Origin: Candidatus Aenigmatarchaeota archaeon
Lineage (GTDB): Archaea > Aenigmatarchaeota > Aenigmatarchaeia > QMZS01
NCBI GenBank assembly: GCA_030600555.1
Contig: JAUVLW010000001.1
Span: 6,411 to 70,410, forward strand
DNA length: 64,000 nucleotides
Direction: 5' to 3'
Below the pieces are notes generated by a model. That model was not told the origin of the DNA and made no database searches. It worked only from the letters and a program-made list of their open reading frames with translations. Positions 47,548-57,824 of this stretch are shown here, piece by piece. Each line of letters starts with the position of its first letter. Position 1 is the stretch's first letter. A program made the position numbers and the translations under genes.

Positions 47548-48438
47548 ATGTTCAATTACAAGAATACAAAAGAAAAATTAATTGAACTGTTTTTTTCAAC
47601 AACGGGAATCCTGACCTTATTGATATTGATTGGAATCTTTGTTTTTCTTTTTGTTACGGGAATACATACTTTTGCAAAGATAACTCCAACAGACTTTTTT
47701 TTGGGTGAGCAATGGAACCCGGATGCATATGGAACACCAAAATGGGGCATTTTGAGTTTGATAATCGGAACTTTAATGATAGCGTTTGGCTCTTTGGTTA
47801 TGTCAATACCCTTGGGACTGGCGGGCGCTGTTTATTTATCTGAAATTGCGGGCTCAAGAACAAGAGAATTGTTAAAGCCGGCCATAGAAATGATTGCGGG
47901 CATCCCGTCGGTTGTGCTGGGTTTAATTGGCATATTATTTCTTTCGCCGTTGATTGCCAATGTTTTTGGGTTGAGCCATGGACTTAATGCGTTTACTTCT
48001 TCAGTTATAGTCGGGGTGATGGTGTTGCCCACAATAATCAGCATCTCAGAAGATGTTTTGACTTCACTGCCAAATGAATTTAGGGAAGCCAGTCTCGCAT
48101 TGGGGGCGACAAAATGGCAAATGATAAGGATGACTTTGCTCCCGGCTGCTTTGTCCGGAATTGTGGCAGCTGTAATGCTTGGGTTGGGAAGGGCGATTGG
48201 AGAAACAATGGTGGTCCTGATGGTGGCGGGCAATTCAATAGCAATGCCCACCTCATTTTTTAGTCCAGTAAGACCAATGACCGCCAATATTGCAATAGAA
48301 ATAAAAGAGGTTGTGACCGGAAGCCTTCATTATGATGCTCTTTTCGCTATCGGGCTTGTGTTATTTGTCATGACTTTTATTGTAAATTTCATTTCGGACA
48401 TTATTGTAGAAAAACATGTGAGGAAATACAGATGGTAA
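47548..48438 (+). CDS. pstC: Phosphate ABC transporter permease
   Basis: WNP, AGIPSVVLG, EASLALGATKWQ, RAIGETM. Confidence 0.96.
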   Translation: MFNYKNTKEKLIELFFSTTGILTLLILIGIFVFLFVTGIHTFAKITPTDFFLGEQWNPDAYGTPKWGILSLIIGTLMIAFGSLVMSIPLGLAGAVYLSEIAGSRTRELLKPAIEMIAGIPSVVLGLIGILFLSPLIANVFGLSHGLNAFTSSVIVGVMVLPTIISISEDVLTSLPNEFREASLALGATKWQMIRMTLLPAALSGIVAAVMLGLGRAIGETMVVLMVAGNSIAMPTSFFSPVRPMTANIAIEIKEVVTGSLHYDALFAIGLVLFVMTFIVNFISDIIVEKHVRKYRW

Positions 48439-49286
48439 GTGAACAATCAAAACAGGCAATATATTTTACGCTTTTCAAGTCAGCCACAGTTTTATCAGTC
48501 GCAATTTTATTATTTGTGCTGCTGTTTATTTTTTGTGAGGGAGCGGGAGTTGTGGATATTAAATTTCTTACAAGTATGTGGTCTCACCGGGAGATTACTC
48601 AGGGAGGAATTCTCCCCGCAATTATGGGAACCTTTTTTCTGGCAATCGGAGTTTCTGTTGTATCAATACCCCTCGGTATTTGCACCGCTATTTATTTGAA
48701 TGAGTATGCGAAAGAAAATCTTCTTACGCGGACAATTAAACTCGCAATAAGAAATCTTGCGGGCGTGCCGTCAATAGTTTATGGAATTTTTGGTCTGGCT
48801 TTTTTTGCCCTGTTCCTGAAGCTCGGTGGCTCATTGATTGCCGCATCATTGACCCTCGGATGCATGACCCTGCCGTGGATAATAACCGCAAGCGAAGAGT
48901 CTCTTAAAGCAGTTCCTAATTCATTCAGAGAAGGAAGCTATGCATTGGGAGCCACAAAATGGCAGACTATAAAAACCAATGTTCTGCCCCATTCTTTTAG
49001 CGGAATAATGACCGGAGCAATACTGGGTTTATCCAGAGCTATGGGAGAAACCGCTCCAATTATCATGGTCGGAGCCACATTTTTCATAGCTCATTTGCCA
49101 AATTCTCCTTTTGATAAATTTATGGCAATGCCTTATCATTTATATATTCTGGCAACCCAGCATTCCAGTCCTTATGCGAGAGAATATGCTATGGGAACTG
49201 CTCTGGTATTGGTTGCTTTAATATTTATGCTGAACTTGGGGGTATTTGCATTAAGATATAATTTGAGGAAGAAAAAGGCGTGGTAA
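48432..49286 (+). CDS. pstA: Phosphate ABC transporter permease
   Basis: GGILPAI.GT, LAGVPSIVYGIFG, RAMGETAP. Confidence 0.96.
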   Translation: MVSEQSKQAIYFTLFKSATVLSVAILLFVLLFIFCEGAGVVDIKFLTSMWSHREITQGGILPAIMGTFFLAIGVSVVSIPLGICTAIYLNEYAKENLLTRTIKLAIRNLAGVPSIVYGIFGLAFFALFLKLGGSLIAASLTLGCMTLPWIITASEESLKAVPNSFREGSYALGATKWQTIKTNVLPHSFSGIMTGAILGLSRAMGETAPIIMVGATFFIAHLPNSPFDKFMAMPYHLYILATQHSSPYAREYAMGTALVLVALIFMLNLGVFALRYNLRKKKAW

Positions 49287-49287
49287 T

Positions 49288-50049
49288 ATGAAAGAGAAAG
49301 TAAAGATAGGGTTTAAAGATATGGGTTTTTGGTATGGCAGTAAACAGATTTTGTCTGAGGTTAATCTAAAGTTTTATTCAAAAAAGATTACCGCGTTGAT
49401 TGGTCCTTCGGGATGCGGAAAATCCACATTGATTCGGTGCATCAACAGGATGAATGATTTAGTTCCAACTGCGAAAATTGACGGCAGGATAATCTACAAT
49501 AATGAAGATATTTACGGAAAAAATGCGGATGTTATTGAACTAAGGAAAAAAATCGGGATGGTGTTTCAAAAGCCAAATCCTTTTCCCATGTCTATATTTG
49601 AGAATGTTGCGTATGGTTTGAGAATACAAAATATGAAGGATAAAAATGAGATTGCCCGGATTGTTAAAAAAAGTTTGGAGAAAGCGGATTTGTGGAATGA
49701 AGTCAAAGACTGTTTAAGTCGTTCAGCTTTTGGACTTTCCGGGGGTCAGCAACAAAGATTGTGCATTGCAAGGACTTTGGCAAATGACCCCGAGGTTGTT
49801 TTGCTTGATGAACCCTGCTCATCTTTGGATCCAATTGCCACAGCAAAAATAGAAGTTTTATTAAAAAAAATAAAACGCGAAAAAACCATTATTATTGTTA
49901 CGCACAATATGCAGCAGGCAAAAAGAATCTCGGATTATTCCTGCTATTTGCTGAATGGAAAAATTATTGAATATTCAAAAACAGAAAATATGTTTACTCA
50001 CCCGAAAAACAAATTAACAAAAGATTATCTTGATGGGCGGTTTGGTTGA
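49288..50049 (+). CDS. pstB: Phosphate ABC transporter ATPase
   Basis: GPSGCGKST, FQKPNPFPMS, LSGGQQQR, LLDEP, YLDGRFG. Confidence 0.97.
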   Translation: MKEKVKIGFKDMGFWYGSKQILSEVNLKFYSKKITALIGPSGCGKSTLIRCINRMNDLVPTAKIDGRIIYNNEDIYGKNADVIELRKKIGMVFQKPNPFPMSIFENVAYGLRIQNMKDKNEIARIVKKSLEKADLWNEVKDCLSRSAFGLSGGQQQRLCIARTLANDPEVVLLDEPCSSLDPIATAKIEVLLKKIKREKTIIIVTHNMQQAKRISDYSCYLLNGKIIEYSKTENMFTHPKNKLTKDYLDGRFG

Positions 50050-50120
50050 GTTTATTTTCTAAATATTCTGAGGCTCTGCTTCAATCGGGTATTATAAATT
50101 TATTTTTAGTGGTAAAGATT

Positions 50121-50672
50121 ATGTCTGAATTAATTGTATTTTGCAATCCCCGGCAGGTTTATGCGGGGAAATTAGAACTGGATATTGCCAGAGAGTACAC
50201 TAAAATGGCTATTGATGACTATGATAAACTAATCTCTTTTGATGAAAAATACCTGCCTTTTGTTGAAACTCCTGATTATGAATTTTGCATTGGGAAAAAA
50301 GGCAGTAGAAATTTATTATTAAATTTGTTTGCGCAACAACCAATGACAAGGGTTGGGGATGTTTATGAGAATTTTAAATCATCAAGTTATCTTTTCAATC
50401 CGGAATCAAAAGAAGAATTGTGTTTGCCTGATTTGGATGTTGTTCAAATAGAAGGAGATTATCAGGTTCGGGATGCCGCAAAAACCATTAAACAATTTTA
50501 TGAAAGTTTTGGGTGGGAGGCTTACATTTTTGATGGTCAAATTGAGGAGAGGATTGTGGTAAATCCAATTTCTGATAGATATGATGGGCCTATTGAAATA
50601 ATACCCCCGGGAATTCTTCGAGAGATTGCGGAAGAAACTGTTGGATATGATGTTGAGGGGTTGTGTTTTTAA
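50121..50672 (+). CDS. Hypothetical protein
   Basis: ORF from MSELIVFC. Confidence 0.65.
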   Translation: MSELIVFCNPRQVYAGKLELDIAREYTKMAIDDYDKLISFDEKYLPFVETPDYEFCIGKKGSRNLLLNLFAQQPMTRVGDVYENFKSSSYLFNPESKEELCLPDLDVVQIEGDYQVRDAAKTIKQFYESFGWEAYIFDGQIEERIVVNPISDRYDGPIEIIPPGILREIAEETVGYDVEGLCF

Positions 50673-50706
50673 TAACAAATGATGTTCGAAAGATATTGGA
50701 TGAAAA

Positions 50707-51540
50707 TTAGGAATTCGTAATATTTCCACTCGTCCAATTTTTTGGTTCTCTATTCTCTTGAGCAGTTAAACTAATAAAAAGTAATTTTTTAGTATTATCA
50801 AAAACGTGCTTTAGATTCTCATCTTCCAATTCTTTTTGTGGGACAAAGGCTTTCATAAATTCAAATATTTTAAGGAAAACTTCTAGTAGAATATTGTTAC
50901 TGAAACAAATAGTCCACATAAACTCCCGATAATTATATTCATTATAAGCTTTTGTCCATACAAATGTTTTTCCTTCAATATCAATCACATCTTCTTTATG
51001 GAAGTAAGGATGTACAAATTGACAAAGATATTTATAGTCATTGTAATCCTTTTTAATATGTTTAACTAAGTTGAATAGGGAATATCTTGCCAATTTCTTT
51101 TTATTACCATTACTACGTGCTTTGAGATAATCTTTTAATTTTTCAGGTTCACCTAAAAAATACTCGAGTTGTACCCCCCTCTCAAAATTAGACCTCAGTA
51201 AAGAATTTGCTTCTATATAACTACCTTGGATAATTAGGTCTTGTATAACTTTAGAAGTCTTTAACAGTCTATTGAAAAGAGACTGAATAAATAATACCAG
51301 ATTAGAATCCAGTTTTTTTGTCATATTTGGAATGTCGGCAACACAAACTAAAAACACCCAATTAATTAAATCTCTATTTTCCGTGGTAATCTCAAGTAAT
51401 TTGTAGTAATCTTTAAATGTGCTCTTTTTTACATCATACCCACAATTTTCATAGATAATATCCCAAGTCCTATTATTTAATTTCTTTTTCAATAAAAAAG
51501 GATTCTTTTTATTAAATTCGAGATTAAATCTCTTTGGCAT
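50707..51540 (-). CDS. DUF5677-like / HEPN-related protein
   Basis: A..LLRSNFE and Y..LCQFVHP motifs. Confidence 0.6.
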   Translation of the reverse strand: MPKRFNLEFNKKNPFLLKKKLNNRTWDIIYENCGYDVKKSTFKDYYKLLEITTENRDLINWVFLVCVADIPNMTKKLDSNLVLFIQSLFNRLLKTSKVIQDLIIQGSYIEANSLLRSNFERGVQLEYFLGEPEKLKDYLKARSNGNKKKLARYSLFNLVKHIKKDYNDYKYLCQFVHPYFHKEDVIDIEGKTFVWTKAYNEYNYREFMWTICFSNNILLEVFLKIFEFMKAFVPQKELEDENLKHVFDNTKKLLFISLTAQENREPKNWTSGNITNS

Positions 51541-51634
51541 GATAAATCTCTATTTGTTTTAATATAAATAAATCATACTACAATTTTAAATGTTGCAAAG
51601 GAGTTTCGGTTTTTAGATGTAGTATAAAAATCTC

Positions 51635-52561
51635 TTAAAAAACAGTATATTTATGTTCTTTGTAATTTAAATAACTCTTGATAATAGAAAGGATAAGAAG
51701 AATATAAGCCATGGTCGAATCTGTTTTGATGGTCCATCTTTCTTTTAATTTTGCATCAACTCCGTGTGCTTTTCCCATAGAACGAATATTTCCAAGTGCC
51801 GATGAAATATTATTTAATTTGGTTGGGAATTCTTCATATTTATTTAATTCATTTGAAATTTGGACTATTCCTGAGCATTTTTTTAGGTTTATATTATTTG
51901 CTAAATCAATTCTAAGGAAATCTTCTAAAGCTCTTCCTGCATCATTAATTGCTTCTTCATTTTTCTTATTTAATTTGGTTATTGCCGTTGCTAAATCATC
52001 CAAGACATCTTCAGAAATCTTACTGAATAATTCTCCAAACTCTTCTCTTAAAAATTTATTTGCGAGTAATTTATTATCTATAGATTTCTCAAGTGCATAT
52101 ACTGTTTCGTTCTTTGAAATTTTTTGTTTTATGTCTATTTTGAGATAAGTAATCCATTCATTAAAAATCTTAATAATTATTTTTTCGTTCTGATCTAAAT
52201 TATATATAGATTTTAGTATCTTTGCACTTTTGTCAGGATTTTGGCCAACAGAAATAAAATAAGAATATTCTATAAATTTTTTATCTTTAATCAAAAAACT
52301 TTTAATTATCTGTTCTGCACCACTGATTTGACCACTCAACTTTTGCATTAATTCTTTTTTTAAAATAAATCCTTCATTTTTGGATATAATAATTTCTTTT
52401 TCTTTTAAGAAATCCAAAGATTTGGTGATATAAGAATCTGTTTTGTTAACAAATAATCTAATTTCTTTTTCGTTACAAACCTTTTTTCTCTTTGTGCATT
52501 CATAGACATAAATTATAATTTCTGCTGTTAATTTAATTGGAGGATTTAGAATTTTTGTCAT
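51635..52561 (-). CDS. wHTH-like N-terminus plus Abi_C-type HEPN domain
   Basis: AINDAGRALEDFLR and IRSMGKAHG (R-x5-H). Confidence 0.65.
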   Translation of the reverse strand: MTKILNPPIKLTAEIIIYVYECTKRKKVCNEKEIRLFVNKTDSYITKSLDFLKEKEIIISKNEGFILKKELMQKLSGQISGAEQIIKSFLIKDKKFIEYSYFISVGQNPDKSAKILKSIYNLDQNEKIIIKIFNEWITYLKIDIKQKISKNETVYALEKSIDNKLLANKFLREEFGELFSKISEDVLDDLATAITKLNKKNEEAINDAGRALEDFLRIDLANNINLKKCSGIVQISNELNKYEEFPTKLNNISSALGNIRSMGKAHGVDAKLKERWTIKTDSTMAYILLILSIIKSYLNYKEHKYTVF

Positions 52562-52562
52562 T

Positions 52563-53267
52563 TTATTCATCTTTTTTTGATAATTTTTTTTTGATAAGGC
52601 TGAGAGTTGCATCAACTAAGGTTAAATGGTCTTTTTCCATAATTTCAATTGTTTGGTTGATATTTGGTCCTCTAATATGAATAAAATAATTCTCTGATGT
52701 TGTTTTTAGGTCTATTTTTGGAAGGGTTTGATCGGACTCTAAGTTTTTTTCTAGATTATTAATAAGTTTAGATTGTTCTTCTTTTGAACATTCTTTGGGT
52801 TCGTGGTTGAATGTGTTATCTTGATTAAGTATACCTATCATTTTTGCACCTTCGATAAAGAATTTCCCAACTCTAGACGCATATCTTTCATCTACCTCAA
52901 ATTCTTTGATTAAAACTTTATCTAGTATTTTAATAGGTAATTCTGAATTTTTATATTTATCAAATATCTCTTGAAACAAAGGTGCTTTGAAAAATGCTTT
53001 TTTCAATTGTATTTTTTTTTCTTGATCATTATATGCCAATTTATAATCTTTATATAATGGAGATATTGATAAAGTTCCTTTCTTGACATTAATTAAACCG
53101 AATTTTTTAGTAGCGGTAATCCTATCTACAAAACCTCCACTAAGTTTTTTCCCTAATTGTGAAGCACAGGTTTCTTTATTGCAATCTCCACCTAATTTAT
53201 CCACAACGACCGCTAGATCCATAGCAGACCTGAATGATGTTTTTGGATAGTTAACAATTCTTGGCAT
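52563..53267 (-). CDS. Winged-helix-like hypothetical protein (DUF5343-like)
   Basis: YP.TSF, KKFGLI, AFFKAPLF; stop abuts the next start; GGTGA Shine-Dalgarno-like site upstream. Confidence 0.65.
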   Translation of the reverse strand: MPRIVNYPKTSFRSAMDLAVVVDKLGGDCNKETCASQLGKKLSGGFVDRITATKKFGLINVKKGTLSISPLYKDYKLAYNDQEKKIQLKKAFFKAPLFQEIFDKYKNSELPIKILDKVLIKEFEVDERYASRVGKFFIEGAKMIGILNQDNTFNHEPKECSKEEQSKLINNLEKNLESDQTLPKIDLKTTSENYFIHIRGPNINQTIEIMEKDHLTLVDATLSLIKKKLSKKDE

Positions 53268-53685
53268 TCATATCACCTTATAATTTATTATACTAAAAAA
53301 CTTTATATACTTACTATATTTAGTTATGTATTTTAGTTCTTGAAGTCATAATAGGATTTTTTTCTATATATATTCTGTTTTGTAGATATTTATTATTTTA
53401 TCTCAAATCTAAAATTATGCGGACACAGACGTTTTCTTAAAATGTAAAAAATTGGTTAATAGGGATAAGAACCTTTTGTACTTTGAGTAATGAAAAAATA
53501 TGGACAAAAACGCACAAAATAGGCTGAAGTTACTTAGATTAACGGGATAATTAAGTTCAAAGAAGTATTTTCCTAATTAGACAATCCATTTTATCACAGA
53601 TCACATCATGATTACTTTGTATAAGATTATCTTATTTTAAATTCTAATCACAATCCCCAAATAAATCAAACCCTCTTGATTAATT

Positions 53686-54198
53686 ATGAACCAAGAACTG
53701 GAAATAAGAAGCTTCATCTCAAAGGAACAATATGAAAAACTCTTAAACTTTTTCAGAAAAAATACCAAACTGATTAAAGAGGATTATCAGGAAACATTTT
53801 ATTTTGATTCCAAAGAGGATTTGAGAATACAGAAAAACAATTTTTATTCAAAAATCTGGATGAAGAAAGGCAACTTCCATGATGAATGCAGGGATGAATT
53901 TGAAATAAAATTCAGCAGGGATGAATTTGAAAATCTTGAAAACCTGTTTGTTGGTTTGGGATATAATGTGGAAATAAAATGGTTCAGAAAAAGATATGAA
54001 TTTGAGTGGAATAAAACCAAAGTGTGTCTGGATTTCACAAAAGGATACGGTTATATAATTGAACTGGAGAAAATGTGTTCCACCGAAGAAAAACACACAA
54101 TGAAAATTCTTGAGGAATTAAAACAAAACCTAAAATCCCTCAACATCAACCCAAAAGAAGAATTCAAGAAGAAATTCGAGTATTATAAAGAAAATTGA
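53686..54198 (+). CDS. CYTH domain protein (class IV adenylate cyclase-like)
   Basis: ELEIR, QETFYF, LRI, K.FRKR, CLD..GYG.IIELE; the C-terminus may be slightly truncated. Confidence 0.85.
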   Translation: MNQELEIRSFISKEQYEKLLNFFRKNTKLIKEDYQETFYFDSKEDLRIQKNNFYSKIWMKKGNFHDECRDEFEIKFSRDEFENLENLFVGLGYNVEIKWFRKRYEFEWNKTKVCLDFTKGYGYIIELEKMCSTEEKHTMKILEELKQNLKSLNINPKEEFKKKFEYYKEN

Positions 54199-54372
54199 CC
54201 GAATAACCCAAAATTTATTTTCAATAGATACTGCAATTAAAGAGACAGAAAATAATTCAGGGAATTTACCTCCATAGAAACTTGTTTTCACTCCAAAAAC
54301 TTCTTTAAATTGCGGGTTAAATCCAATTCGTGAAAATAATCAGGTTATTAAAGGAGGAATTAATATAATCTT

Positions 54373-54720
54373 ATGAAAAATAGTTTAATTGTTGGAATTG
54401 TCGTTTTTGTTTCATTAATTGCTTTAGGAGTTTATTTTTATCCTCAACAAGAAGAATATTGTTATCTTAGAGAGAAAGAAGGATTGTCTATTCCTGAAGA
54501 TATGAATCAGGGATTATCTCTTTCTGAAGCTAAAGAAATAGCAGTCAATAGTGAATGCGGGGATAGACTTAAAGACACTTATATGTGCAATGAAGATACA
54601 GGGAGTTGGTGGATTGATTTGAATATTGAAAGAGAAGGATGTAACCCTGCATGTGTTGTTTATGTAGTATCAAAAGAAGCGGAAATAAACTGGAGATGCA
54701 CGGGTTTAATTGAACCCTGA
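54373..54720 (+). CDS. Small secreted Cys-rich protein
   Basis: Signal anchor; CNEDTGSWWIDL, GCNPACVV, INWRCTGL. Confidence 0.8.
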   Translation: MKNSLIVGIVVFVSLIALGVYFYPQQEEYCYLREKEGLSIPEDMNQGLSLSEAKEIAVNSECGDRLKDTYMCNEDTGSWWIDLNIEREGCNPACVVYVVSKEAEINWRCTGLIEP

Positions 54721-54734
54721 TTTTTTATAATGAG

Positions 54735-54869
54735 TTCGGCATAATTGCGTTTATAGGGCTATTCTTCCCAGATAAGGCAATCTATTTCATAATAGTTCCC
54801 GCAATCTTAATTGCCCTGTATACGGTAATCTACTCTTATCTTGAATTTCAAAACCAACTTAAAAAATAA
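54735..54869 (+). pseudogene. Start-less 3' remnant of a membrane protein gene (SdpI/DUF1648-like C-terminus)
   Basis: FGIIAFIGLFFPDKAIYFIIVPAILIALYTVIYSYLEFQNQLKK*. Confidence 0.5.
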
Positions 54870-54925
54870 ACTATTTCAATTCTATTTGTCAAATTTAAAA
54901 CAAAGTTTTACTTACAAAATTAGAA

Positions 54926-55138
54926 TTATTCGGAAGTGTCCTTTTCTACATTTACTGCTTTTGGACCTTTATCTCCCTGTTCTATCTCGAACACAACTTT
55001 GTCTCCATCATTTATTTTTGTTCCTTCTTTAAGACCTGTGCTGTGCACAAAGTACTCTTTTCCATCTTCTCCAGCAATGAATCCAAAGCCTTTGAAGTCG
55101 TTGAAGAATTTTACTTCTCCTTTTATTTGATCTGTCAT
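54926..55138 (-). CDS. Cold-shock domain protein
   Basis: [27 protein letters not shown]. Confidence 0.95.
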   Translation of the reverse strand: MTDQIKGEVKFFNDFKGFGFIAGEDGKEYFVHSTGLKEGTKINDGDKVVFEIEQGDKGPKAVNVEKDTSE

Positions 55139-55243
55139 ATATAATTTACCTGAAAACCTTTAAGTATCATAAAATCCTTTAATTAAGCGGTTATTTTGCA
55201 AAAAGACGCATAATCCTTGAGAATAAATAAAAATAGGTAAATT

Positions 55244-56179
55244 ATGGAACTTATAGTAATAGGGCATAAAAACCCGGATACAGATTCAATTATCTCTCCA
55301 ATGATAGTATCCCATTACAGCGATTCCCTGTTTGGACGTCACGCAGTCGCAAAGAGGGCAGGAGAAGTGAATAATGAAACAAAATTTATCTTGAATTACT
55401 TAACAGACTCAACAATCAAGTTGCCTGATTTACTGGAAGAAATTAAGGAGGAAAAGGAGGTTGTTTTGGTTGACACCACAGAACAAACACAGCTTATTGA
55501 GGGGATAAATGAAAATAATCTTTTTGCGATTATAGACCACCACAATTTAGGTGGATTGAAATCTTCAAAACCAGTTTACGCAAGAATTGAGCCTCTCGGA
55601 TGCACATGCACAATATTGTATAAAATCCTGAAAGAGAAACATCTGGAAATAACCCAGGAAGTTGCTTGTTTAATGGCATCAGCAATTATCTCAGACACAT
55701 TATTTTTGAATTCCCCAACCACAACAGACGAAGACAGAACAATTCTTGAGGAATTAAATAAAATCGCGGAGCTGGATTTGGAATATTATTCAATGAAAAT
55801 GTTCAAAGCAAAATCCAGTCTTGAAGGAATAGAAACAAGTGAAATAATTGAAAAAGATTACAAGTTTTTTGAAATGGGGAGCTCAAAGGTTGGAATCGGA
55901 GTGTGGGAAACTGTGGCTCCGGAAACTGTTAATGAAAAGAAAGCGGAAATTCTCGAAGCATTAAAAATCAAAAAACAAAAAGATGGTTTGGATTATTTGT
56001 TTTTCGGTGTCGTGGATATTATCAAAGAAAATACTTATTTGTATCTGGTGGGAGATGAAGAAACTAATCTTGCAAAGGAAATATTTAAGGGCAGTCTGGA
56101 AGATAATGTGATGTTTGCGGAACATATAGTCTCAAGAAAAAAACAGATTGTGCCGCAATTAAAAGAAAAACTTGAATAA
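55244..56179 (+). CDS. ppaC: Mn-dependent (family II) inorganic pyrophosphatase
   Basis: GHKNPDTDS, LVD, IDHH, ISDTL..SPTTT, DYK.F, SRKKQIVP. Confidence 0.95.
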   Translation: MELIVIGHKNPDTDSIISPMIVSHYSDSLFGRHAVAKRAGEVNNETKFILNYLTDSTIKLPDLLEEIKEEKEVVLVDTTEQTQLIEGINENNLFAIIDHHNLGGLKSSKPVYARIEPLGCTCTILYKILKEKHLEITQEVACLMASAIISDTLFLNSPTTTDEDRTILEELNKIAELDLEYYSMKMFKAKSSLEGIETSEIIEKDYKFFEMGSSKVGIGVWETVAPETVNEKKAEILEALKIKKQKDGLDYLFFGVVDIIKENTYLYLVGDEETNLAKEIFKGSLEDNVMFAEHIVSRKKQIVPQLKEKLE

Positions 56180-56289
56180 TGAAAATATTTGAAGAAGTCA
56201 TGAAATTAGACAAAAAACCAAAAGAGAAAGTTACTTCAGCGCTTTTAAAAATGAACGGGATTAGGGTAATTAGCGAAGAAGATTATTAA
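56179..56289 (+). pseudogene. 36-aa ORF ending in a DUF523-like C-terminal remnant
   Basis: VTSALLKMNGIRVISEEDY resembles the DUF523 terminal GVTAALL..NGI.V.SE pattern. Confidence 0.4.
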
Positions 56290-56341
56290 TCAATGTGAGA
56301 GTTAGAATAATAAATCAGGGATTTTATTAATCAATGTGAGA
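56283..56341 (+). repeat. 18-bp direct repeat (period 41) plus a partial third copy near 56379
   Basis: TTATTAATCAATGTGAGA at 56283 and 56324; AATGTGAG at 56381. Confidence 0.75.
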
Positions 56342-56556
56342 ATCAAGATAAATAAAGGAAATTATTGACCCGAGAAAATTAATGTGAGTGATAAATAAAA
56401 TAACCCAAAAATGCTATTAACCTCGAATAATTACAATAATTCCAAAGAAATATTTGTTGTTATTGAGCAATGGGAATAATTGGAAAATATAATTAACAGG
56501 AGTTCCATCCACAAATATAATCTTTAAATAAAATACCTTTTAAATCCAAATAAATT

Positions 56557-56889
56557 ATGGAAATTCATCAGGCTCAACAGAAGATTAAGGAATTGCTCGG
56601 AGAAATAGAACACCCGAGACTGGCTTCATTTGTTGCTTTAACAGAAGAAGTTGGGGAAGTTGCAAATGAAGTTATGAAAAAAGAAATCTACGAGGAAACC
56701 GATGATATAAAAGAGTTGAAGGCAGAAATTGCGGATGTATTAATCTGCGTCTTAGAGCTTGCAAATGTGTATAATTTCGACCTGGATTCTGAATTTGAGA
56801 AGAAACTGGAGCACATTAAACCCAGAACAAAAAAATGGAAAGTAGATTTAAAAGACCTGCTGGAGAAGAAGAGAAATAAATTGAATTAA
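56557..56889 (+). CDS. MazG-like nucleotide pyrophosphohydrolase
   Basis: LTEEVGEVA..ELKAEIADV. Confidence 0.88.
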   Translation: MEIHQAQQKIKELLGEIEHPRLASFVALTEEVGEVANEVMKKEIYEETDDIKELKAEIADVLICVLELANVYNFDLDSEFEKKLEHIKPRTKKWKVDLKDLLEKKRNKLN

Positions 56890-57759
56890 TTAAGGCAAAT
56901 CCCTTAAATTAACAACTGGTTTATCAAAAGGATTATCCAGAATTCTTGGGCATGCGGTATTCACATAAACATCAAAATCAAGCCCCATCAGTTTCTCATT
57001 TGTAATCATATCAAATATTAAAATCTTTGTTTTTTTGCCCTGTTCCCTCAGCCGGTCTTCAAATTGTTCGCAATCCTGGTAAAACTGCCCTGGTTTGGTT
57101 GACACAAGAATACCAACTTTTTTTGCGTCCTCAAATTTTGAAATTCTTGCTGCTTTTTTCATCTCTTCTTTCATAAGTTCCCTGCTTAAATCCTCAAGTT
57201 TATTTCTCTCAAGGTTCAAAAAATAAGTTTTTCCTTTCAACGCAAGAGGATGGAATTTCCCGGACCCAATGAACAGATTTAATTCCCCCGCAGGTTCAAA
57301 TTCCGAGCACCCAAGTATGATTTTCTTATCAACAACTTCTTTTCCAATATCCTCTAAATAATCTCCAAGATACTCAAGAAGTCTTCTGAAAGGTTCTGAG
57401 GAATAAATACCTATTTTTTTCTCTTCAATTTTTTCAATCTCTTTTTTCAGTTCTTCTGAAATCTCTGCTTTAATCTCAACAGGAACATAAATCACTGGAA
57501 TCTTTGTTTTAACCCCAAAATCGTAATGACCAAAATGAATAATTATGTCACATCCCAAAACTTCCGCTTCTTTAAGAGGCAAGTCGCAGGCTCCGTAACA
57601 AGGTTCAGCCGCTATAAAAACATCAACACAGCATTCTTTCTCAATTTTGGCTGAAATGCGGGAAACCTCTGTTTTTAGACCTTCAGGCACTTGAATCAGG
57701 ATTTTTTTATGGTCCTTACTTTTAATCTCTTTAATTGCTTCTGAAATATCCGCTAACAT
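56890..57759 (-). CDS. dph2: Diphthamide biosynthesis enzyme Dph2
   Basis: QVPEGLK, CYGACD, HFGH, ILGC, GKFH, STKPGQ, TACPRI. Confidence 0.95.
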   Translation of the reverse strand: MLADISEAIKEIKSKDHKKILIQVPEGLKTEVSRISAKIEKECCVDVFIAAEPCYGACDLPLKEAEVLGCDIIIHFGHYDFGVKTKIPVIYVPVEIKAEISEELKKEIEKIEEKKIGIYSSEPFRRLLEYLGDYLEDIGKEVVDKKIILGCSEFEPAGELNLFIGSGKFHPLALKGKTYFLNLERNKLEDLSRELMKEEMKKAARISKFEDAKKVGILVSTKPGQFYQDCEQFEDRLREQGKKTKILIFDMITNEKLMGLDFDVYVNTACPRILDNPFDKPVVNLRDLP

Positions 57760-57824
57760 AATATTACTTGAAAATAATTGATAGTTCAATATAAGGTAAT
57801 CTATTGGTTCTATTTGATAAAAAA

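Noticed and set aside
56283-56400. Mini CRISPR array
   Set aside because: Repeat only 18 bp, two full copies, spacers similar to each other, no cas genes
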